From positions 1-39,028 of the forward strand of contig LWCA01000218.1 of NCBI GenBank assembly GCA_001642005.1: a stretch of 39,028 bases of DNA. Direction: 5' to 3'. The notes beneath the pieces are model-generated. The model was not told the DNA's origin. It saw nothing but the letters and a program-made list of their open reading frames with translations, and did no database searches. Below, piece by piece: positions 25,070 through 36,100 of the stretch; within the stretch, counting starts at the first letter, position 1; every line of letters starts with the position of its first letter. The position numbers were made by a program, and so were the translations under genes. The DNA is from Intoshia linei (taxonomy: Eukaryota; Animalia; Orthonectida).

Positions 25070-25956
25070 ACTGTAATGTACGACGTTCTTATGTTATATA
25101 ATATTCATCATTATTACTACGTTTCAATAAAACCCAGTTGGGTTTTGTCTTTTTAGTTGAATTTTTCCAATTTATAGTTAAAAAATGTCTAGATCGATAG
25201 TTTCAAGTCTTATTAGAATTCTGCAACAAAATTCCAAGTTCTGGGTGAGATCTAAAAGATCTGGTCTCGCATTAAAGTTCATAATGGCTGTTATTCACAA
25301 AACTGGACCATGTTAATAAAATCTAGTTCATACCATCAAATCCGAACCCTCCAATAAAAAAAATACGATCTACCAGGTTCTAGGCCACCCGAAAACGATG
25401 AATAATATCATAACTGCCTCCAAAGCTCTTTGACACAAAATAGTTATGATATTTAAAAATATAATTTTACAAAGTCAATCAAAAATGAGAATCTTAAATA
25501 AATAAATTAAAATTAATAAACATTAGATCACACGTTTCTAACTGTCTTTGTTAATTAAGTGTGGATATAAAGTGGTATATCCAATTAATTAAAACCATTC
25601 AAGCGTGAATTTAAAATAACAGTAACCAATTGAATAACAAAAGATTTGTCCAGTCTCATTTACATCTCATGAAATTATTGACAAATTTATCAATAACAAT
25701 ATAAATAAAGTTGATGGCGCCAAAAATGGCAAACGAGTTACTGGAATCGACAAATTATTTGTATAGCAACATTAGAATTTCTTGATTCATAATAGCATTT
25801 AGAAAATAAGATTCTTACATCGGTAATTTGAATATAAATATAATTGTGCACGCGTATTGTAGACTTTTATTTTAATTACTCTTTAAAAATTTTAGCAACA
25901 TCAACAACATCCACAAATAAAGTTTATGGCGTCAAAACTCCGATAAATTTAGCATT

Positions 25957-28900
25957 ATGAATATGGTAAGAATTGTAAATGGTGGATTAATTGTAAATTG
26001 TAGAACAAATCTTTTACTAAACTATTGTATCATTTTCCCGGAGAGGATACTCCATATTTAAAAAAAATTTATATCAATTGCGAGGAAATTACACTAAATG
26101 ATGTCATTGCATGCCTAGAATTAAAAACACCTCATTCCTATTATTTCAAAGCGCAAGATGAAGAAGAGTTATTATTTTATTTTTTAAAAATAATTTACGT
26201 GGTTATGTCAAACTTGTTACACATTACCTGCTTGTACAACCTAACATTTTTTAATACAAGATAAAAAATTATATGGATATTATTCCATAGCCTGTATTCT
26301 GACAACTATTGAATACATTAATTGTACTTGAGTGTTATTTTTTTTTTTTTAGACCCTTAGGTAATACACTCGTTTGAATCATTCGATTGTTTTGATATTT
26401 ATGTGGGATTAATTCATTTATAATTTCAATGAAATTGTGCTTAAGTAATTATTAGATTTGTTAAAGAAGAAATTTGTGATAAAAATGCCATTGTACCAAA
26501 TATTAATGGGCGAATAATTTGCTATGTAATAGAAAAAGATGAACAAAAACTTAAATTAAGTATATCAAAAAACAATTGTATACCATCTCCAATTAAATAT
26601 GAAGATGATACGATTATAGGTGATTTTATTAAGCATTATATTTACGTTTTACTATAAAAATCAACAAGTAATTGGGTTTAAAATAAATTACAATGTATAT
26701 TGAAAATTCAGTTTTTAATACTTTTTAGTGCACTGATTCTTAATACATTTTACACGTCCAGTATGAGGTTATAAGATCATTTATATTATACTTCTATTGG
26801 TGGGTGAGTGTCATTAGTAAAGAAAAATGGATAGTTTAGGCTAGTAAATGTAAACTACATTAGTAGATTTAAAAGCATAAAAACAGCATTTGTGCTTTTT
26901 ATAAGTAAATATATCAAATGTGGAGTTGGGTGTTGCACTAAAATCAAAGTTTTAGAATATTATTAGTTTTATTTTTCTTCATATTGAAATCTTATTTTAT
27001 TGACCTAAGCTTAAAGCGGTAATCCTAATTTTTTCATTTAAATGAATTTTGTAATAGGGTCGAAAATTATTTTACCCAAAAAAAATCTAATTCTACCATA
27101 GCTTTGCATGGGACAGAAGTACTAATACGAAATGGTGTAGAATGTACAATGTATAGGGAATTTGAAGAAATTTTTTAATGTGACCCACCCCTATTTTAAA
27201 GTGTGTAAAAATGTTTTAATTTATATGTTAATATATTTTGTATGTATTTTAAATTTTTTAGCACGAGCAAATTCTACCTATAAAAATGAATATTATAATC
27301 AGAATTAGTAATTTTAATTTAACTTTAACCGTTATATATTACGTTATACTTAAATTTAGCCCAAATAGCGAAGGATCATCCGTATATTCTCAAAATATGA
27401 CATATAATTCTCAAAATGGACGTTATTATGGCAATAATCGAACCAATACTTCCGTATATATTATTTTTAGGATACTTTCTGAAACTAGACATGTCTAGTA
27501 GACATTTATTTATTTTAAATTTTACAATTTTCAAAGATTCTCTCGGTTACATCAAAGGTGGCATTTTTTTGTTAGTTTGTTGTTTCGTGGGGGCCGAGTA
27601 GTGCTTGCAATTTCTCTTTTTGAAATTTAAGAATATTTAAATTTCTCACGAATTCTCGAGAGCAAGCACTAGGTTTCCTTTTGTTTCCAATTGAATCTAG
27701 TACTCGTTGTAATTTTCAGGTGGACTCTTCGATGCAAGCCTCAGAATGAAAACTAACCGTCAGTTGAAGTGTTTGTCTGAATAGTTGAATAATATTTTTT
27801 AACCGTTTAACCCCTTTATGAATAAAACTGTTTTTAAGACTGAGAAAATTTGTGTATCGATTGTACGATTACTTTAGGTGTTCTTGCAGTCGCAAATGTA
27901 AATGTCAGGCTAAACGTTAAATATTTTATTCAGGTTCCAAAACGTTTTGATTACTTAAATATCACTACATTAATCTTTAACTATCTTAGTTCAATATTCA
28001 ATTTTTATATTTTTTTGGACCCGTACTTTAAATTATATAGTATGTACATGTTAATTAATTGAGAAACGTTCATACCTGGAAGTGAAATACATATATAAAT
28101 AATTAACATTTTAGATGTCATCAAGATCTATGATTACTGATTCAAATTGTTCATTAAATGTGATTAGAGTGGTTTTGGATATGGACAAGTATTCGTTTTT
28201 GGGAATAAGTATAGTTGGTCAAAGCAATGACCATAAAGATGGAGGAATCTACGTAGGGTCAATAATGAAAGGTGGTGCAGTAGCTTTAGATGGCCGTATT
28301 GACCCAGGTGACATGATATTAGATGTAAATAATATTGATTTGGAAAACATGTCTAATGAACAGGCCGTTGATTGTGTGCGATCAGCTGCAAAAAAAGGAG
28401 GGTAATTATATTATTACGAGCTTTATAACAATTTTACTGTATACAGGTTAATTCATTAACGTGGGATTCTTTTGGAAAAACAATGTTGTTAACTGAATTT
28501 TTTATAAATTATGTATACATAGTAGTCCCCCATTGGGGTCCAAAATTATATGCCTGGCTCCTTGAGATTCAAATAAAATATAGAAAAATTTTGATCAACT
28601 TTTGTTTATTTTTATAGGAGAGTTCTTAATGTTTATTACAGAATTTGTAGATGTTGATTATCTCAAAGTCTATATCTTAAATTACTTAATCAAAATGAAA
28701 TTTTACCAACCCTCAAATAGGAAATCCTCTTTTTCAAACATTTTTTTGAAAAACTCGATTTTACCAAATCTTATAAGAAAAACCTTTGAGAAACTTCCTA
28801 ATCTAAAACACAACATGGTTAAATTTTATCAACTCTCAATAAAAAAATCATTTTTTTATAATATTTTTTTTAAAAACACGATTTTACTAAATCCTACGAC

Positions 28901-31436
28901 AAAAAACCTTTAATTTTTTCATCAATGTTTTATATTTCATGTTTCCCTTGGGGTCAAAAAAAATAAATATTATAAAATGGTTGTCTCTACACTATTTGAA
29001 TTGGGAACAACTGCTTAAATTTTAATTTAAAACAATGAAAATATTTTTATTTTCATTCCATTTAACGTATATCTTCGGGCCATTTTATTGTATACAATTA
29101 ATCATCATTAATTAAGAAGAAAATAAAATGTTTTATGTATCTAAAACATTTGATTTGAACCGAAAAAGCTTTAGTAATTATGATGCTAGTCATTATTTAA
29201 CTCAAAGCTAACATTTAACTTAGTCAAAATTTAACTGAATTTTTGTACTTCAGAATTAGTTAATCAGTCAACGAGGAATTCCGTTAAGTAGGAAGTAGGA
29301 ATGAGCCTGTAATATATTTACGGAGATTAAATCATTTTCCATTATTTTAGAAAAATTACTCTCACTGTTGTAAAGTGCTGGAACACTAATGATGTTGAAT
29401 CTTTAAATGGCACCTTACAAGATTACAATCAACCACCAGTTCAAAACGTTACAAATGGTCTTGATCCAACATCATGGGTAGCAAAAACTACTGCAATGAA
29501 AAGACCTTACGACGACACCAGGTCTCAAATTTCATGTTCAACTTTGTCTAGTTGTATGGATGTAAATTGTAATTTTTATGTTAAAAATAATGGTGATTTA
29601 ATTGTTCACCGTAGCAGTATTTCCCAACCACTTTTGTATCATTGTTCATTATATTATTACATTAATATTTTTAATTTTAAGAATAAATATGCGTGTAAAA
29701 AGTTTGATTATTTTAATTTATTAAAATTGATGATCTTGGATTATTAATTGATTTTTTGAAATTTTGTCTTTATGCACTGCGCAGTAGTGGACAAATTGGC
29801 TCAAATAGGGAAATACTGAAATGTAGTGTATTTGTGTTTACATTTTAAAATTTAAATAGACGATAACAACACTATGATGAATAGACTTAATTTAACTATA
29901 AACAGCGACATGTCTACTATTATTCAAAAAATGTCCCAACCAAATTCTGGATTAGAAATATGCGATCGAACTTGGTTGAAACTAAAGATTAATAATTCGT
30001 TCATTGGGTCTGATTTGGTTAATTGGCTTCACAGAAATATTGATGGGTTTGCTGATCGCCGAGATGCCAAAAAATATGCTGCTAATTTATTGAAACATGG
30101 TTATATTCAACATACTGCTAATAAAGGCAGTTTTTCTGAACAATGCTATTATACTATTTCTGATTTACACAGTGGTGGTAAATTTTATATTATATATCGC
30201 AAAATTAATAATGTACATTAATTTATGGGATTAACTAACATATGATTGGCCACGATTCCCTCTGTAAAACACATGATAAAGTTAGAGAACCCCTGTGAAA
30301 AGTATAGATCTCGGGCTCACTGATAAATTTAAAATTTATTGTATTTTCTGTATCTAATACAGTGGTTTTCAACCTTATTGTGTTTGCGATCCCCCTTATA
30401 AACATAAAAAATTTTCTATATACTCCAAACATCTTATCAATTCACATAAATGAAAATATTAAAAAAGCATATTCAGTTTTATTTATATTTTATACTGTGT
30501 TGAAATTCTTACCACCCCCTAACGGTCGTGACCCCCGGTTGAAAACCACTGATCTAATAGGTTAATAACTGTATTTATAAAGGGGACATGTACTAAAAAG
30601 GTTTAGAATCTTATTTCTTTTAAAAAGTGAATATGACTGAATTTAAAATTTAGACACATCTACCATTACAATGGACAACTACGATCAAGAATCTGTGTTA
30701 AATGTATCACCTCCTTCTCTAAATAAGCACATGTTATCATGGCGAAACACGAACATACCTGACTGCGCATCTAGTAAATGTAATGACAGTTCGAGTCATT
30801 ATAAAAGTGAAAAATACGATCCTTTATATGGTCGAAAACTGTCTTCTTTTAATAGTAACTCAAATTTCTCCCAAAATTCTTATAAAAACTACCACAATAT
30901 TGTATGTAATGCTAACCAAAATTTTGATAAAATGAGTTATAAAGGTATGTCATTATATAATGTAGTCAATAGTGGTCCCGCGATTTGGGGACATGTCGCT
31001 ATTTTATTGTTAAAGTTTTTTTATACATCTAACTAAAATTGTCAAAATAATAATTTAAAAAATGTCCCTGAGCCGGTTATTGGAATATTGTTGTATTATT
31101 TAAATATATTTTCCACATTTAGACGAAAAAATTGAGTATATAAATAATTCAGTGAATAAATTGACTATGAATAAAACTCTAAGTTTTCGAAATGATCCAA
31201 ATCGTTATTATCCGGGATTTGTTAAAAAGGATAGCAATTCTGGTATAATAAACGAATCAAATGGTGACAAACCCACTTATGAAACACCTGCTACTACATT
31301 AACTCGATTGCGACCTGATGATAATTATGTCACATCTTTTAAACTAGCAATGGGTAACTCGTTTTATTTTTAAAATTTTATTAATTTATCAATTTTAGAT
31401 CATAATCCAAATGACACACTCATTGGGGAAAAGTAG
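25957..31436 (+). CDS. dsh: Dishevelled (DIX-PDZ-DEP)
   Basis: Exons are 25957-25965, 26004-26167, 26456-26619, 27262-27307, 27360-27453, 28115-28401, 29351-29568, 29860-30177, 30654-30944, 31123-31353 and 31399-31436. An alternative unspliced end stops at 31373. Domains: DIX ([20 protein letters not shown]), PDZ ([27 protein letters not shown]), the DPTSWV motif and DEP ([19 protein letters not shown]). Confidence 0.95.
27599..27671. mobile_element. Short inverted-repeat element (MITE remnant) in a dishevelled intron
   Basis: It has perfect 10-bp inverted termini TAGTGCTTGC / GCAAGCACTA. Confidence 0.5.
28520..29013. mobile_element. hAT-type MITE, inverted relative of 35289-35839
   Basis: Termini are TAGTAGTCCCCCA and TTGGGAACAACTG. 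Internal TTTTACCAA repeats mirror the TTGGTAAAA repeats in 35400-35610. Confidence 0.6.
29615..29818. mobile_element. hAT-type MITE
   Basis: It has inverted termini CAGTATTTCCC / GGGAAATACTG. Confidence 0.65.
30360..30551. mobile_element. hAT-type MITE with intact target-site duplication
   Basis: Perfect terminal inverted repeats CAGTGGTTTTCAACC / GGTTGAAAACCACTG are flanked by a perfect 8-bp duplication ATCTAATA (30352-30359 and 30552-30559). Confidence 0.92.
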
Positions 31437-31782
31437 AGAACCTTAGCTTATTGTAAAAATTTACATGTAACCCCTATTTATATTGATGTTTGTAACTTAT
31501 TAAAATTTATGTGTAATCTTTCTTATTATACATTGTATTGTATTGTCATCCATCTCCTTTTTTGTGAATCTATTACTTTAAATATATCGGTAAATAGATT
31601 CAAGGTTTTTGGGACTTATTCACATTTCAGTTTGTGATTCAGACTTCCGCGGTCATCGGAAAATTTAACTCTATTTATTTGCATTTTTTATATTAATTAT
31701 GAACGAAAAATGTTTTAGAACTTCCGGATATATACTGTCAGCAGAACCATGCATATGTATGAATATATCATCGTCCTACGAA

Positions 31783-32001
31783 TAGTGCCGAACCTACAAT
31801 ACTTAAATCCCTCTTCGGAGGCCTCGAACAAATTTTTTTTAAAATCGGAATCATTTTTCCAAATTGAACATTGAATAGCATGCTTATTTTTTGTTAAATT
31901 TCAAGTCAATAGCTTTAAAGAGGCGACTATTGGTTGTATGGTTTTACGCAAAGTATGAAAAAAAATTTTTAGAGTCTATTTTTATTTTTTAGGCGGCTCT
32001 G
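31783..32001. mobile_element. Decayed MITE of the GAGCCGAACCTA family
   Basis: The left end TAGTGCCGAACCTAC and the right end TAGGCGGCTCT resemble the termini of 20001-20270. Confidence 0.45.
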
Positions 32002-32369
32002 CCTACGAATACAACTTGAATAAATTTTAGTTTGTATGTGTCACCTCTCAATAAACATAATTCACTCTTTCCATTAAAAATTTACAACAAATTTTTTCGA
32101 ATTAATTGTAGTTAGAAAAGGTTAAAGTGAGTGATACCCATCAGTGGTTCTTAATCGGGGTGGTTGCAACCAAGGGGTGCATAATCAATTTTTGGGTGCA
32201 CAGAGCTATTTTCAGTTTTTTTAATTACGTTAATAAAATAATTAGTTAAAAATTAATTATTAATTTTTTTCTAAATGAGTGAAATTACATAATTGATATT
32301 CATGTATCCGAATTTGATGTATATCTGAATGAAATGAAATTCTATTTCAGTTGACTAGGTAATGGAGTG

Positions 32370-33057
32370 ATGAATCAAAAGGAAAACAAATTTATAATTC
32401 TATCAAAGGAAAGGCTAAAAATGTCGGGCAAAACCAGCGCTTTAATGTCGGGATTTGCAATGGTATAATGTATTACTATAATATTATGTAAATAGAGACA
32501 TTTATTTTTTGTTAAATTAGATTGCCTTAGTTGAATTAAATATTCCAAAAGACGTTTCCCCTAAATTAGTATTTTTATACGCCGTAACAATTACATTGCT
32601 GATTTCAGTCAACATTTTATCTCACGTTTTCAGTATTTGCATTTTACCGCACGTTCTATCCGATAATTCAAATAGTAAACATTGTGTTACAAGGAGATTT
32701 CACATTTTAATTGAAATTTCATGGATTTTATCGGCAATTGTTGGATTTTTACTATTTATTTTTCACATCATCTTGCTTATCTGGATTAGATTTTACCCCT
32801 CTAATTTTAGTGCAACAATAGGTTTAATTATTTCATTTGGTTTAAAAGTATATACTAATTGTATTGTAGTATGCACAATTATCATGTTCCTGGTCAATAT
32901 TTTGATCATATCTTTTGCAATCATTTTTTAGTAATAACAAATTTGAACAATTTATACCCCTTTTTTTAGTAAAAAACTGGCAATTTCCCGTCAACAACAT
33001 AACTTTGAAACCCTACAACAGTTGGAAACCATTGAATCTATTTTACAAGAAAAATAG
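32370..33057 (+). CDS. Orai: Orai/CRAC channel pore subunit, divergent
   Basis: Exons are 32370-32462, 32521-32821, 32870-32930 and 32970-33057. LSKERLKMSGKTSALMSGFAM|IALVE corresponds to Orai1 [46 protein letters not shown] and a C-terminal helix (FETLQQLE) follow. An additional upstream exon cannot be excluded. Confidence 0.92.
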
Positions 33058-33102
33058 TGTATTGTTACATGTAAAATAAAAGTTTTAATTGTTATTATTA
33101 TT

Positions 33103-33115
33103 ATTCTTTGGCAAC
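33103..33115 (+). promoter_or_regulatory. Candidate RFX X-box (strong GGCAAC half-site) immediately upstream of DLEC1
   Basis: ATTCTTTGGCAAC ends 14 nt before the ATG at 33130. Confidence 0.35.
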
Positions 33116-33129
33116 TTGAAACAACAAGA

Positions 33130-36100
33130 ATGAGCGAATCCGATTCCAAATGTCAGCAGGATGATTTGGCAATTTTAAAATCTCAATCAACAGATTGTAC
33201 AGATCAGTCCATTGAATGCATTGTTCATGAATGCTACAATTCATACATACAAAAAGGAGTCGATCCAGAGTTGGTCTCCAATTTAGCTAAATCCAAAATT
33301 TATGACTCTGGAAGTTGTATTAGTTCATATGTGGAAAAACTTGAAACGGTAAACTAAATTCAATAATTATTTTAAATGTACAAATGTATACAGTAGTTCC
33401 TCTGTAAAATGATCACTGAGTAGTGGCCACCCACTGTATACAATTTGAGTTAAATTTTATTTCAAAGATAAAAATATGTAATATATAATTTAAAAAAAAA
33501 ATTCTGCACGCCAAAAAATTATAAAAGTTTTAGTAATTATGAAAATAGATTCACATCTAGAATTTATTGTATTTAACTTTAGGTGATGGATACTTATATA
33601 AATTTAAAAGATGAACTATCTTCAATTGAGCAACAACTGATTAGGGAGGTGTACCATGATTGCAATGATCCGTACTCGGGGCTAACGAGGGGTATTTTTA
33701 TTTCACATTTACTAAATAGGTACATAAAAGGTTTCATGACTAAATAAATAAGTATGAAGAATCCACACAAAAAATGACTAAAACAGTGTCTGCAGGGCTT
33801 TTAATGCGTTTTTCATTTCACTGAATTTTATTTATTTTTTGGTAAAAAATAAAAAGCGAAACAAAATTCCCTAATGAAATTGAAACTCTCAATTTAGATA
33901 CATGCATTGTGTATGCCACTAAAAATTTCGCTTAGAAGTTAATACATCTTAGTATTTATTTAGAATCTACAAGTTCATCGTTAGTTTTAAACACGTATAA
34001 AGAACAATTGTTGAATGTCAATGAAATTATTGTTTCTAAATATTTTTTAAATTGTAATTTTATTATATCTGTTAATTTTTTAAAGGTAAACTCTATAAAT
34101 TAAATTTTTAGCAAATTGCTCTAATCAAAATGAACAGGTATTATTAATGAAATAATTATATAATATTGAATTATAAATAAAGATCAAATTAAAAAAATTT
34201 TTTTGAATGTTTCATGGTTTATTTATTAAATTTTATATTTCATTAACATCAGAATCTTAAGTACATAGCTCATAAGTATATTTAATTAGAAACGATTAAA
34301 CTTAAATCATTAAAGGGTTGAATAAAGAATCTGCAAACATTTAGCCAACGGTTTAAAAATAGGTTCATCTCAAATTGCTGCATTTTTGTCATATCGTTTA
34401 AAGTTTAAACCAAATTTAACAATCAAGTTTTTAGAATAAAAAATTAAACCCTTAAGGCGTAAAATAATGTTTAAAATTCTGATTAAAAAAGTATTCTCAA
34501 TCCCCTTTCACGATTTTCTAATTATAATAAAATTCTCTTAATTCTCTTAAACATAATTGTACTTAATCCATTAAATTTAAATTTATAATAAAAGAAACCA
34601 CCTAAAATAAAACGAAAATCAAATAATTATTCAAAAAAGGACATTGAAATTATAAAAAAAACAATGGAGAAGTTACACAAACGTTACAATTATAATAATA
34701 TTAATTACAAACAAAAGCCACGTCAAAATGAATGGTATATACATTATCAATTGTAAATCAAAAATTGTCATTAGCCACATATTAAGTTGGCCATGATTAT
34801 TGGTCAACCGTATGAACCAGTGCGAAAAATGGACCACTTTTTTTAGAATTGAGAATTTTGATTAATTTTATCCTTTTTCTATGTAAATTTCTTTTATATC
34901 TTGACAACAAATAAAAAATTACATAAAAAGTTGACCATTTAAAAATTGCATAATTAAAAAAAATTCGCAAACGATGCGTTATATAATCCTAGTCACCTTT
35001 CCAAGGATCTAACTAGATATTTTAAATTTAACACTCAAAATAGTTATGATTTTCGAGAATATAATTTTTTAATGCTCAATTTTAAAAAAACGAGACGCCC
35101 ATTTGATGAAAAGTTCGCCGATTCCCGAAGAAGGTACAGCATGTTCGGCTCTATCATGATGGTCCAATCATGTGTTTTAAATAAATCAAAAATTTGTAAA
35201 AGAGTTTTTCATTTCGTTTATAATTTCTATATGTATTTGTCAACGGAGATAATGTGAAAAATGCATAATGTATCATAATTAATTACACCAGTGGTTCCTG
35301 ATTCAAATAGTGTACGGAGTTCGTACTACGTACTACACACTCCACTTCAAAATAATTATTTTTTTTGGACCTAAAGAAATATGAAATATAAAACATTTGT
35401 GACAAATTAAAAGTTTTTTCTCATAATATTTGGTAAAATCGTGGTTTTCAAAAAAATATTGGAAAAAGGTGATTTTTCCCTTAAGGTTTGGTAAAAATGT
35501 ATTTTTTATTTTGGGGTTTGGTAAAATCGAATTTTATAAAAAAATATCGGTAAAAATTCAATTTTCGCTGAGGGTTTGAAATTGTATTTTTTATTAACAT
35601 TGGTAAATTTTATGAATGATGGGATAAAAGTGGGATTTTTGAAATAATATATTAATAATAGTAGCTGTCGTCTAGGCTTTGGGATAAATTCCCAACATCT
35701 GGCAACTCTGTAATAAATATTATAAATTCTTCTATAAAAATAAACAAAAGTTGAATAAATGTTTTTTATATTTTATTTCAATTTACGGATCAGGAATATA
35801 GTTTTGGACAACATAAGAGACCCCAATCTGGAACCACTGAATTAAACTGAAACAATTATTTCGTTCATAATATCTTACATTCAAGAGGTTTAAATTTTGA
35901 AAATTCACATGAACCACTTGTAAAAGTAAACCACCCTTTGAATAAAGTGGTTCGCTTAATATGTTAATTGACTACAATGTATGTGAATTTAAAACATACT
36001 GTTCTGATCGACTTTTTCGTGGATTTAAAAAATTAAATCAACTTTTAGTATTCAACAAATAAGTGTACCAAGCGAAATACGATTTGAAAATCATCAACCC

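Noticed and set aside
25180-25290. Possible Tc1 HTH remnant (SRSIVSSLIR...KRSG)
   Set aside because: It is too short and degenerate to support as a feature.
28602-28913. 103-aa ORF and other short intronic ORFs (e.g. 5300, 10376, 10863, 30235, 30362, 35072)
   Set aside because: They lie in introns or MITEs, have AT-biased composition and show no homology signal.
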